This document shows, piece after piece, positions 37,906-50,889 of a stretch of DNA of 64,000 nucleotides. Every line of letters begins with the position of its first letter. The stretch's first letter is position 1. The notes under the pieces were generated by a model that worked only from the letters and a program-made list of their open reading frames with translations, was not told the DNA's origin and ran no database searches. The stretch spans positions 294,624,001-294,688,000 of the forward strand of contig OZ024742.1 in NCBI GenBank assembly GCA_964016885.1, read 5' to 3'. A program made the position numbers and the translations under genes. Source of the DNA: Eledone cirrhosa (lineage: Eukaryota).

Positions 37906-38794
37906 CTATCCCCCACCCTAGGACAAATATATAATGACAAGGTATTACATTGGAAATAGATGTTATAGAATTTTAAAAAAATTAATCGCGAGTGGGTGTA
38001 GGGGATAGGAATCAATGGAAGAGTAACAAATGTGTTTAAATGTGAGAATGGAATTGGTAAATTGGTGTAATTGACAACTGTGAGGATAAGACACTGGATA
38101 ACTAACAAAGGATCAACTATTGACATCCTAGCTACTGGCAATGTGCTGCAACTATGGTCAACACATGATGCCATGATGAAAAGCACCCAGTCCACACTGT
38201 AAGTGTGGTTAGTTTTAGGAAGGGAATCCAACCATAGAAACCAAGCCAGAAACAGTTCTTGACAAACCTCAAAATCTCTGTTGGCTCTACATTGATGAGT
38301 TATAGCAACTAAGTGGTTGATTGACTTCTTAGAAATAGAAACCGAATCTCCCTCTAATTACACTCTGTTTTTTTGAATCTACAGTATCAATAGCAACAAA
38401 AACAACAATAAGATCAACAACATCAACAACAATATCAACAGCAAAAAACATCATCACTATCATTATCATTAACAGCAACAAAAAAACAACAAAAATAACA
38501 CCAACAACATCAATGATATCAACACCAACAACAACAACAGCAAAAGCCATCATCATCACCATTATCATCAACAGCAACAACAATAACATCAACAACATCA
38601 ACGATATCAACATTAACAACATCATCAACAACATCAATAGCAAAAAAAAAAACATCATCACCATCATTATCATCAATATCAACATCAACAACAACATCAA
38701 CGATGCACATCAGCTCTCGCTATAAGACATTGGTGCACATCAGATTGGAATACAGCTCAAATGTCAAGGGTGGCACCAAGTTTCAGTTGATGCC

Positions 38795-38842
<48 letters not shown>

Positions 38843-38904
38843 TACACACACACACTTGAAACTACACATAACATCAACAACAATATTTACTTTGTAATTT
38901 TCCT

Positions 38905-39325
38905 ATCACTACATCAGAATATGTCCAGCTTGTTTCAGGTACCTTTCAGCAATGGTGTCAGTCAATAGCCTCTGTTTACTTCTCTTCAGCACCTCTACAT
39001 TAGTAATCCAGTCTTGATAAGTGATTTTCAGGATTTTCCGGATTTTCCTTAGGCATCTTTGTTGGAAAGACCCCTGAAACTGGCTGGACACATTCTGTAT
39101 ATGTCTGAGTATCGGAACCCCTCTGTGGCAATGAGATGGATTCCAATCGGTGGTAAGCAGAAAAATGGGAGACCCAACAAAACCTAGCATTCAACTTTCA
39201 AAGAAGATCTCTAGAGGATTGGAATGGACTGGGAAACCACGCAAGATGCCGCAGCTGATCATGTAAATTGGAGAAGACTCATTGCCCAATATACCCCAGG
39301 GCATAGGAGGATCTAAGACTAAGAT
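38905..39325 (+). mobile_element. RTE-type LINE 3' fragment with 5' inversion
   Basis: Minus part encodes FQQRCLRKI..WITNVEVL..AGHILM; plus part continues SVAMRWIPIGGKQKNGRP.. and ends in a CTAAGACTAAG tail. Confidence 0.75.
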
Positions 39326-39649
39326 TTTAACATGTACAATGAAGGCTATGCTTTATTAACAAGGTCTTGATATGATTGAAACATATTCAGAGTTGACTGC
39401 CTTATTTGCAGAAACAATCAAATTAATATTTATATATTTTCTCTCCTCCCAGAATATTTATTGCTACATAATTATTTCTATAGCCCAGTCTGTAAAGGGG
39501 ATGGTCATTCACCTGTAGAAATCATGCCAAAACTGGAATGAATGTATGTGAAAAATGTCCTCTAGAAAGACAGTAGCACCAATTAAGTACATATTTGATC
39601 TCTAACATCTTGACCGAGCCATGCCAGCATTGGAAAAAATGGACATTAA

Positions 39650-39729
<80 letters not shown>

Positions 39730-40381
39730 GGTGATAATGATGATGATGATGGTGATGATTCTTTTTAATTCCAGCTCCCTGCACCACATTAAGATATGTT
39801 ACAACTAACTTAACTAACATGTAATTTGATGAACATTGTTACCATATTTCTTATGAGAGATATTGCCTATGATTTTAAAATAATTCTAAATATAATGAAA
39901 AATTTAAAGGGATTTAGTAATATAACTAACTTGTTCATAATTAAACTGATACTTGGAATACAGTTTAATAAATGTTCTGACATACTAAAATTATGATGGA
40001 AAGATAAACACTTTAAAACAAACAATTTTGTATCATAGAACCATGGCCAGTTTCAGGCAGTTTGGTATCAAAAAGCTGAAAGTATCTGTAGCTATTTTTC
40101 TTTCAATGCCTGAAGTATAAAGAGAGTGTAGGAAGATGATGAACATTAGAACTGAGTCAGTTTCTAGAAAAGATATCGAATGATTAAATAACATGGAAAT
40201 GCCACCAGAAAATGGTAATGTGTTACTGTCATTATACTATAGAACCAGCGAGGGGGCAACTTGCTAAATGTGGCTAGCAAAAGATTCCCATTCAAGCCAT
40301 TATGAATATCAAATAAACACACACTCATCAGCAATAGTACACAAACACACAGATATATACATCCACAGCACATACAAGTAC

Positions 40382-40412
<31 letters not shown>

Positions 40413-40811
40413 TACATATACATTTACACACTCAAACTCACACACATATAAATATATATATACATCTATATGTGTGTCTGTGATGGTATGTTAATGCATC
40501 TACATGAAACTGCTATACAATTCATGATATTTTGTTTCAGGTATGAAGCAATCTTTGCTTCTTCTGCATCTATACCTATGATGTTTTCTTTCTCCTCTCC
40601 TCATTTCAAGTATAGTGTATGTAGAGAGAAGATAATGGGAAGATATACTTTATGCTATAAATACATAAAACAAACGTTATTCTTGAATGTTCTGCAACTT
40701 CTAATCTACAAAATATCTCTTGTCCTGATGAAATACTAAGATTCTCACTCACTTTTATATGTGGTGTGGATTAAATGTAACTAAACATATATGATGATGA
40801 TGATGATGACA

Positions 40812-42940
40812 TATGAAGACGGGTAAGGCGGCTGGGCCTTTGGAAATAGCTGCTGAAATGCTGAAAGCATCTGGAATGGTGGGACACACTATGGTCACCC
40901 GGATAGTAACCAAGTCATACAGAATGGGGTCGTTCTGAAGGACTGGCATAGCAGCATCTTCATTAACTGCTACAAGTGTAAAGGAGATGCCCTAGATAGG
41001 GGTAACTATAGAGGCATTAAATTAATCAACCAGGTCATGAAGGTCACAGAAAAAGTAATAGCGCAACTAATCAGAGAGCGAATTGATTTAGATGAAATGC
41101 AGTTCGGGTTTGTGTCAGGTAAAAGTACCACAGACGCTCTTTTCATTGTACGACAACTACAGGAGAAGTACCTAGCTAAAAGTAAACTCCTATACTTAGC
41201 TTTTGTCGACTTGGAGAAAGCCTTTGACAAAGTCCCCCGCTCCATTAGCTGGTGGGCTCTTAGAAAACTAGGTGTTGATGAATGGCTTGTGAGAGCTATA
41301 CAAGCCATGTATAAAGAAACAGTCAGCAAGGTTAGAATTAACAACGAATATAGTGAAGAGTTTAGCGTAAAAGTTGGTGTTCATCAGGGCTCCTTTCTTA
41401 GCCCCTTACTATTTATTATTGCCCTTCAGGCTATAACAGAGGAGTTCAAGACCGGCTGCCCATGGGAACTCCTATATGCAGATGATCTAACGCTCATAGC
41501 TGAATCAATGGCTGAACTAGAGAAGAAATTCCAAACATGGAAGCATGGCCTAGAATCAAAAGACCTTAAAGTTAACTTGTCTAAGACTAAAGTTCTAGTT
41601 TGTAGGAAGGAAAATAGGGCACTGGTCCCATCTGGGAAATGACCATGCTCAGTGTGTAGGAAAGGAGTAGGCAGAAACTCCATTTTATGTCTCAAATGCA
41701 AAGTATGGGTGCATAAAAGATGTAGTGGGATCACAGGTAAGCTAACTAAGAATATAGATTTTATATGCGGCCGGTGCTCTGGTGCAATAAGTAGCAGCAA
41801 GTGTCCACAGAATACTAGTTCATTCCATTGCACAGATGGTTCTATAGAAATAGTGGACACCTTCCGTTACCTGGGTGACAAAATCAGCAGTGGAGGAGGG
41901 TGCTCTGAAAGTACTGTAGCTAGAGTCCGAACGGGATGGAAAAAGTTCAGAGAGCTTATACCACTATTGGCCGCTAAAAATGAAAGGCAGGCTGTATGAT
42001 GCCTGCATACGAACAGCAATGTTACATGGCAGTGAGATATATGCAGACTGGAGAGGAACGAAGCTTGCATGCTCCGTTGTATGTGTAATAGTAATATACG
42101 TGAACGGCAAAGCATAAATGAACTAAGGGAGAAATTAGGAATAAGAGGGATCAGATGTTGTTTACTCGAGAGAAGACTACGTTGGTACGGTCACATGATG
42201 CGCATGAAAGACGACAGCTGTATAAAAAAGTGCAGGGCGATAAAAATAGACGGTAGCCACGGAGTAGGCAGACCCAGAAAAGCCTGGGACGACTTGATAA
42301 ATTCCGACCTCACACACTTACACCTCTCCAAGACAATGTCACTGGACCGAGATCTTTGGCGCTACACAGTAATACAGAAGACCCACCTTGCCTAAGTACA
42401 AAGCGAAACCTACAGTCAGCAGGTACCTCTAACAAAAATACACCCCTGTCCCACTACCCCCACCCTATCCACACCACCCCCTTAAATGTGAAGTTATGTT
42501 GGCACCACAACATCCAGTCCGAAACAAATGAGGTTGTGTAGGTGTCACGACAAAAAAACACACAGTCCACGCTGTAATGTGGCCATGTAGGTAACATGGT
42601 AAAAACCTCCCAGTCCACACTGTAAACATGGTTGGTGTTAGGAAGAGCACCCAGCCGTAGAAAACCCACCAGACATGTAGGTGTCACGACAAAAAAACAC
42701 ACGGTCCACGCTGTAATGTGGCCGTGTAGGTAGCATGGTAAAAACCTCCCAGTCCACACTGTAAATGTGGTTGGTGTTAGGAAGGGCATCCAACCGTAGA
42801 AAACCCGCCAGACAGTTCTATACGAGCAGGACAACCAATCTTGCCTCAAGTGGGAAAACTCCCGTCCAAACCCATGCAAGTGTGGAAGATGGACGTTAAA
42901 CGAAGATGATAATGATGATGATGATGATGATGATGATGAC
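40812..42940 (+). pseudogene. RTE LINE, 5'-truncated ORF2 (RT, PHD-like finger, C-terminus) plus 3' UTR with a tandem duplication of about 139 bp
   Basis: ORFs 41037-41642, 41652-41999 and 42069-42395 with QFGF, FVDLEKAFD, GVHQG, LLYADDL; stops and frameshifts; (GAT)n tail. Confidence 0.95.
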
Positions 42941-43101
42941 AATGATTACGATACATACACACACAAATATACAGTGACTGATCAGCCTGATTCGCATATT
43001 AGCAGATCCACTGATCAACCAGATTTGCATATCAGCAGACTGGCCAGTCAGTTTCCTGTATACAAGCGATAAATGACCGGCTTTGTCAGATTCAAATAAA
43101 G

Positions 43102-43336
43102 AAAGAAAATGTTTGCTCTACATGGTTGAATGCAATAAATGTAATCTGAGTTTTTCGAATATTAATAACATTCGATTTGTTTGCAATTATGCAAACAAGC
43201 CTCATTTTTATAGCCATGAGATGGCTATAAAAATTAGGCTTGTTTGCATAATTGCAAACGAATTGAATGTTATTAATATTCGAAAAACTCAGATTACATT
43301 TATTGCATTCAGCCATGTAGAGCGAAAATTTTCTTT
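43102..43336. repeat. 235-bp near-perfect palindrome (3-nt loop) abutting (TA)n
   Basis: Arms of about 116 bp centred on TAGCCAT-GAG-ATGGCTA. Confidence 0.95.
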
Positions 43337-43729
43337 ATATATATATATATATATTTATATTCACCTCTCTCCAGCATGTAAAAATTATTTTTAAGGCCTG
43401 TTATGATCTTGCTATAATAATACAATCCCACCCTAAGATATGAAATTGTATTTCCAGGGAGTGGCTGAAGAGGAGAATAGATGGTTGTATTTCTTTGTCT
43501 TTTTTGTTTTGTTTTGTTCTTTCAAAATGAAAAGTGGATTCATAGCAGTTGTCAATAAAATAGATATTTGCAAATGTGTACTTGGAAAAACAAAACAAAG
43601 CCCCAAAAAGACAGCAATACAACCATCTGGTAAAATACAGCGAGGTTATATTGGTAGTAAGTAGAGCACTTAGTCCATTGGACAAGTATGGTTTGCTAAT
43701 TTATTGTGGTATTAACTTCATTTTTATAT

Positions 43730-44167
43730 TTGTTTTGCAGAATTCTTGATATGAAATTGTGTGCTGAAACCAATATTATTATACTTTGGGAGGATCATGT
43801 TGCCAATACAAACACTTGCACTAGTTGAGTTTCACCATTTCTCAGTTTGCTGGTAACCAGATCGTTAGTTAACTGTCATATTTAATTATTAAAGCTCTTT
43901 TGTCACATATAGTGTGACCTTCTCAATGGCTATTTTTAATCCTGTGTGCCTCCTCTTTGTTTTTATCTTGTAGTAAATAGAACAAGATAAAGACAAAAAG
44001 GAGACACAGAGAAGCAATAATAGTTATTGAGAAAGTAAAAGAATGTGTGACAAAAGTGTCTGATAATTAAATAACTATCTGGTTGCTAACCTAACTAAGG
44101 AATGGCTAACAAATAATAACATGGAAGTGGAACTTAACTGGTGCATGTCTTTTTATTGGCAACATGA
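43730..44167. mobile_element. Decayed solo inverted pseudo-LTR pair of the PLE2 group
   Basis: Left end ATGAAATTGTGTGCTGAAACCAATATT..TTGGGAGGATCATGTTGCCAATA is homologous to the PLE2 pLTR; degenerate palindrome 43795-44167; remnant GGTCACA..TGTGAC stem II in the arms. Confidence 0.8.
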
Positions 44168-44390
44168 ATATGTTTGCATATATATATATATACCCTTGCA
44201 AGCATGGAAAAGCGGATGTAAAATGATGATGATGATATATATATATATATATATACATGTGTGTATCTGTGTGTTCTCATATATTACAAGATTTATATAA
44301 ATGCCACATATTACATGTTTCAAGGCTGGGTGAGCCCAACTTTTCACCAGGCAAAGTTTTGTTGATATATATACATATATATATATATAT

Positions 44391-44584
44391 AAAACAAAGG
44401 AAATGTGGTAAGGAACCAGATGAACCATAACGCACCAGAGTACTCAATACTTAGGGTAGTAGAGTGGGAAATAGGAAAAAGTATGACCCCGACGGCAGAG
44501 CTCAAGCCGTTTCGACGGCTATTTCTGGACTCCAGAAATAGCTGTCAAAACGGCTTGAGCTCTGCCGTCGGGGTCATACTTTTT

Positions 44585-44589
<5 letters not shown>
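44391..44589. mobile_element. Fold-back mini-element family A, most complete copy, in (TA)n
   Basis: 80-nt tail plus 59-bp arms (44471-44529 and 44531-44589), 1-nt loop, two mismatches, both at CpG sites. Confidence 0.95.
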
Positions 44590-44622
<33 letters not shown>

Positions 44623-45913
44623 TAAATTGTTGATATATATATATATACACGTACATAAATTTATTAAAAAAGTAGGTCATGCTGGACTAGTTTTGAATTC
44701 ATAGTTGCGCCACCTTTTCAATAAAAGAATATACCCTCTCTATATGATATATTAAGTAGTGCATTTCAATTGTGGTCCCTTTTCATTCATAATGAAATAC
44801 TTTGCAACAATTATACATATAATAGAATACTGCTTGTCAAAAATAATAGGGCTTATAGGTAACAAATATTTAATTTACTAATTACTCTTGGGTCCCAAAT
44901 AATAGATGGGGAATTGGAATAAGCGGGGATTGGACATTTGCTTAAATTTTTATAAGCAGGTAGGCGTGGATAAACAGGAGGTGGATCGGTAATTGTATAG
45001 TGTTCATAACTATGGGATTTCTTGTAATGTTCTTTTTTTTGGTCATATATAATGTTTTTTTTTTAATGTAAAATAAAATAATTATTAGATTCTCCAACTG
45101 CTGTATCAGTATGAATCACTTCCAATAAAACTTCGATGGAGAGAGATTATGAAAATTTAATAAGCGGGGGTGAGAGTGGATGGGTATAAACGTGTGAGAT
45201 TGGGGGGTGTAAAAGTGTTTTGTTGTTGTTAATGTTCTTCTTGTCTAGAGGTAGATACATAAGTAAGTATACATAAATAGCTATGGATAGACACTCAGAC
45301 AGATAGATGGGAAAACAGACACATAGATAGACAGATAGATAGATAGACAAACGGACAGATAGATATATAAGTAGATAGATAGATTGGTAGATAGATAGAT
45401 TGACAGACACATAAAAAGAGAGATAGACAGATAGAAAGATGGATAGATAGTCAGATATATAGAGAAATAGACACACAAACAAATAGTTAGGCAGGTAAAT
45501 AGATAAATAGATATATTTCTTTATTTGCCACAAGGGCGCACAAGAAAAGGGGACAATACAAAGACACATGCCGGGATTTTACATACAGTTGTGTAAAAAT
45601 ATTGAAACAAACAATTATAACAATTGAAATCCCCAATAGGGGGGAGGTGCCACAAATGGGTTGTTTAATACCCCATCGATAGAACAACCCTCAACTTCAG
45701 GAGTGTATTGTGCAAGTGCTCCTTTCTTCCTTTTGCTCTCTTCTTTAACCTATGTTGTTTTTATTGTCCAAAGATAAATGAATACCTTGGTAGATAGCTG
45801 TAGTGATACCACTGGCCATCTAGAAGATTGTTGTCTTTGTTGGTGTTGTAAACAAATACCCAGGCACACAGACACACACATACACACACAATTACACATG
45901 AACACACATGCAC

Positions 45914-45945
<32 letters not shown>

Positions 45946-46437
45946 TGTTTGCTATCATGATCTGGGTGGATGTATGACTGGTCAACACTGTATGTGTGTG
46001 AGAGAAGGAGGGAGGCAGTATCAAAGAACATGCACACATTACAACTTCCCAGACTATAACACAATGTGGTCACATGATTATGAATATTATTATAATGATA
46101 TACTTACATAGATTACCCCCTCCTTCCTCCATAAACAAACACAGACAGATAGACATATATGTTTGTTTGAAGCTGATAACTCACTCCATTGCAACTCTGA
46201 TTTTCTTAATGTTGTGCATTTATCCGAAGAAATAAATGAAATTCTATTACATGTTTCAGCACTGTTCTCCTGATTGTAGCACATAAATGTCATTTAATAC
46301 GCATTTTTGTGGTTAACACAAACCAAGTCATAACTTAATTGGAGCTACAGATCATGTCTTGCTTATATACATTCCAGTTTTGGAATGGTTTTACAGCTGC
46401 ATACCTTTCCTGTCCCTAACCATTTTACAGAGTTTAT

Positions 46438-46477
<40 letters not shown>

Positions 46478-46516
46478 CATACATATATATACATACATAT
46501 ATAGGTATATATACAT

Positions 46517-47117
46517 AAAGCATAAAGGAATTGAGAGAGAGACTGAGCATAAGAGGAATCAAATGCTGCGTGCAGGAGAGGCGGTTACGCTGGTATGGAC
46601 ATGTGATGCGTATGAAGGATGACAGCTGCATAAAAAGGTGCAGAGCACTACAAGTTGATGGAAACCGCGGAGTGGGGAGACCCAAGATGACTTGGGATGA
46701 GGTGATAAAAGCCGACCTTACCCAACTACACCTCTCAAAGACAATGACACACGACCGTGACTTCTGGCGTCACGCAGTAATACAGGGTACCCGACCTCCC
46801 ATGGGTACATGCTGAAGCATAAACAATATGCCCCCACTCCCCCCACCGCAAGGTGGTCGTGGAGGTGCCACGGCAAAAAAGCACCCAGCCCACACTGTAA
46901 AGTGGACGTGTAGGCGCCACGAAAAAGCACCCAGCACTCACTGTAAATGAGGTTGGTGTTAGGAAGGGCATCCAGCTGTAGAAATCAAGCCAGATCAGTT
47001 CCTGTATGAGCAAGGCATGGTCAGCCGACCAGATACTGCCCACAACAGGACAACCCGTCTAACCCATGCTAGCGTGGAAGAACGGACGTAAAACGGTGAT
47101 GATGATGATGATGATGA
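46517..47117 (+). mobile_element. RTE LINE 3' end
   Basis: LRERLSIRGIKCCVQERRLRWYGHVMR..GRPKMTW; 3' UTR; (GAT)n. Confidence 0.92.
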
Positions 47118-47176
47118 TACATACATATAGTGGAAAAATTAAAATATGAGGGTTTCTTTACAACTCATGTTTTATA

Positions 47177-47610
47177 GGGAAAATAGGGTTTAAAAATGGA
47201 ATGACTAACCTTTTGGTTATTTAGAAGGTTTCTGTATTACTGTGCTGAGTAATTTGATGATTATTTATATATTTTTTATATATCTTTGTTTACTTTTACC
47301 GGTTTCAGCTGTGTTTACAGCCTTTTCAAAAAAGCTTTTCGTTGCAGTCTTTCGAAGAATGTTTTTCATTTCTAATTATTCCCCAATAAGGGGCTAACCA
47401 CATCAGATAAATAGAAATGAAAAGCATTCTTCGAAAGACTGCAATGAAAATATTTTTTGAAAAGGTTGTAAACACAGCTGAAACCGGTAAAAGTAAACAA
47501 AAATATATAAGAATATATAAATAATCATCAAATTCCTTGGCACAGTAATACAGAAACCTTCTAAATAACCAAAAGGTCAGTTATTGTTTTTCTTAAACCC
47601 CATTTTTCCC
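47177..47610. mobile_element. Palindromic element of about 430 bp with a hammerhead-variant motif in each arm
   Basis: Arms of about 200 bp, spacer about 30 bp. Each arm carries TTTT-TTGAAAA-GG(C/T)TGT AAAC ACAGCT-GAAA-CCGG-TA-AAAG (47293-47334 minus, 47453-47493 plus). Confidence 0.85.
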
Positions 47611-49119
47611 ACATATTTCGCCAAAACTACACCTGATGTACCCCTTCCATAGACATGCACACATGTGTATATCATGACTCATGCACTGTTCATTTTCTTG
47701 ACGTTTGTACATTACCCTATGTACTATACATACACTTTTGATGAGTTGTAGTGCACCTGAGCACTGTACACAATATTTTCATTATTATTTTCATTATTAT
47801 TATATATACACATACATATATACATATATATATATACATATATATACAGACATGTATATAAATGACAGACACCAACCACTTGCTCCATGGCCACCCCACT
47901 ATGATCTCCACCTTCCCATAAGCAGTACCTATATAGATGCTAAATAGTGAGTTTTGCATGTTTATCACAGGGTCATGCTGAGCTATGGAGGTAAAAAAGT
48001 GGCGGGGACCATTATTCAAGACTCAAGAGTACCCACAGAGTTTCTTGTTACTGATCCTCAGGTGTCTCACAAACACACATGTAAACAAAACACACATAAA
48101 TTAACAGAGATTTCCAGTTTAAGATAGCTAAGAGAAAGTTTCAATACACTCTGGGAAGTAGTTGGTGTTAGGAAGTGCATCTTGCCAGAGAACATTTGGA
48201 ATGTACAGGTATAGTGTAAAACCACAAGTCATCTGAGCGGGGAGTAACGCCAAGTATGAAGGGACTTAGACTCTAATGACCCGTCCAACCCATGCCAGTA
48301 TTCAGGGCAGATGTAAATTGATGATGCCACACATATGATAAACTATGCAAGTACTTGCTGCACCAAGCTGACAATATGGTTGTGATTCTTGTGTGAATTA
48401 TTTCACTTACATCACTAATGTTTTTGAGTAATCATTGAACATCATTGCTTCCTATGATCAAATATGAAAAATTTAGGGCTTTATGCTATTGTAAAAAACA
48501 TATGATACCATGTCAATAAAGTGGAGATGACTTGAGGAGATCCTGTAAGAGATTCAGAGCTATAGAAGGACCTGTGAATACTTAACACATTCCAGTAAAA
48601 ATATTTTTTAAAAAAGCACTCTTAGGGGTCCCTATTAATTTTGAAAGGAGTTGCCCCTTGCCACTCCAACCCTCAAACAGACTTGCTTCATTTTGGAAAA
48701 TATATCTCAGAAGTCCTCAATTGAGTACATCTACATTTATAACGACAGTGTGGGCTGTTATATAAGTGTGATACAATAGGTGTCAGATAACAGGCTTACA
48801 ACCAATTGACTATAAAAAGCGACACAAAAGTTGTTATCAAGTTAATAGAAATGCTTATTACACAATATAAGACATATGAAGGATTACTAGTCTAAAATCT
48901 ACTTAGATTATTTAAGATACTAATTATCTATAGTTTAGTTAGGCTAGAAGCTTTTGAGTGATTCATTTAGTTTTGTAGAAAAATATGAAAACTAGTTAAG
49001 AGATGAAAGATGTGTGGGTTTGTGGGCAGAATTAGTTAAGATTTTAGATGAAGATTAGATAGATAGAAGTATAGAACAAGGATTATTCTTGGAGAGGACT
49101 ATGTGTATGTGAGTTGCTT

Positions 49120-49965
49120 TTCAGTATGTTTGTGTTTCCAAGTGTGTGTTTGTGTTTCCAAGTGTGGGCTTATGTTTCCAAGTGTGCTCTTGTGTTTCCG
49201 AGTGTGTGTTTGTGTTTTCGAGTGTGTGTTTGTGTTTCCAAGTGTGTGTTTGTGTTTCCAAGTGTGTGTTTGTGTTTCCAAGTGTGTGTATGTGTTTTTG
49301 AGTGTGTGTTTGTATTTCCAAGTATGTGTTTGTATTTCCAATAGTTTGTGTTTGCATTTCTGTGTGTGAGTGCGTGTTTCCGAGCATATGTGTCTGAATT
49401 TCTGAGTATGTGTTTTGTTGTTTTCATGAGTGTATATTTGTGTTCCTGAGTGTGTTAATGCTTCCAAGTGTGTGCAAGTGTGTTTGAGTGTGTGTTGATC
49501 TTTCTAAGTGTGTGTATGTGTTTCCAAGTGTGTTTGAGTGTGTGTTCCTCTTTCCAGGTGTGTGTGTTGATCTTTCCAAGTGTGTGTACGTGTGTTTGAG
49601 TGTGTGTTCCTCTTTCCAGGTGTGTGTGTTGATCTTTCCAAGTGTGTGTACATGTTTCTAAGTGTGTTTTAGTGTGTGTTGATCTTTCCAAGTGTGTGTA
49701 TGTTTCCAAGAGCATGCATCTGTGTTTCTGAGTATGTGTGTTTGTGTGTCAAAGAGTGTGTCTATGTTAATAATAATAATGAAATTATTGTGTACAATGT
49801 TTCAAAGAGTGTGTCCATGCTTCGTAGTGTGTTGTTTCTAAGAGTATGTGTTTGTGTTTCCATTTCTGAGTGTATGTGTGTGTTTCCAAGAGTACAGGTT
49901 TGTGTTTTGAAATGTGTGTGTTTGTGTTTATTAGTGTATGCTTGTGTTTCTGAGTGTGTTTGTGT
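49120..49965. repeat. GT-rich minisatellite, 20-bp unit (AGTGTGTGTTTGTGTTTCCA), diverging rightwards
   Basis: Direct tandem repetition. Confidence 0.9.
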
Positions 49966-50839
49966 GGTTATGGGACTGTCAATGTGTGAGGCATTTATCA
50001 TTATATTTTATTTACTATTTAGTAAGGGAAAGACAGGCCTCCAAAACTGGTTGGGTGGGGGGAGACAGGAGAAAATTATATCCTCAAACCCGAGAGACCT
50101 GGCCTGAATACTTAGACTCAGCTAAAGACTCCCAAGGGACAGGTGGTGGCGTTAAACCAGGTGACAGATTAAGTCTACAACACCAATGTAAACATTTTTA
50201 TATATATTAGAATATTGCGTTTATTGTTGTTGTTGTTGGTGGTGGTGGTGGTGGTGATAGTGGTAGTGTTGTTGTTTTGTCCCAGGTCAGCCATGACTGC
50301 AGACCTCTGAGTAAAGGTGTTCAAGCTATGGCTATCCATCATTTTTTTGTGGGTATTGTGTATCTAGGACTAAATTATCCAAGGAGTATTTCTTATTTGC
50401 AAGATGGTAAAATGTGATGTGAGGGAGATTTGGCTGCTATTCTTAGCAAATTGAGTGACCATGCAGAAGTTCTCTCATTGCTTTGCTGTATAAATGCATG
50501 TATAAGTGCATATGTACTTACATGTAAATATGTGTGTAAATGTGCAAGTATCTGTACAGCATATGTGCACAGCATGTGTGTTCACAAGCAAATGTGTATA
50601 AGTGCAAATGCACGTGCATTTATTATGCAAGCACACATACTTGTGTGCATATTTGTATATGCATGTGTACATAAGGGTACACGTATGTAGTTAGGTATGA
50701 TGTAGTGTGTGATTATACACAACTATAAAATTGCACACCTTTGCATATGTATGTGTACATGCATGTGTGTGTGTGTGCTCGCATGCACATTTATGTATGT
50801 GTGTGTGTGTGTGTGTGTGTGAATAGGTGTGAGAAAGAA

Positions 50840-50889
<50 letters not shown>

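Noticed and set aside
40530-40750. Possible plus-strand exon after TTTTGTTTCAG
   Set aside because: No recognisable protein similarity and no convincing donor site.
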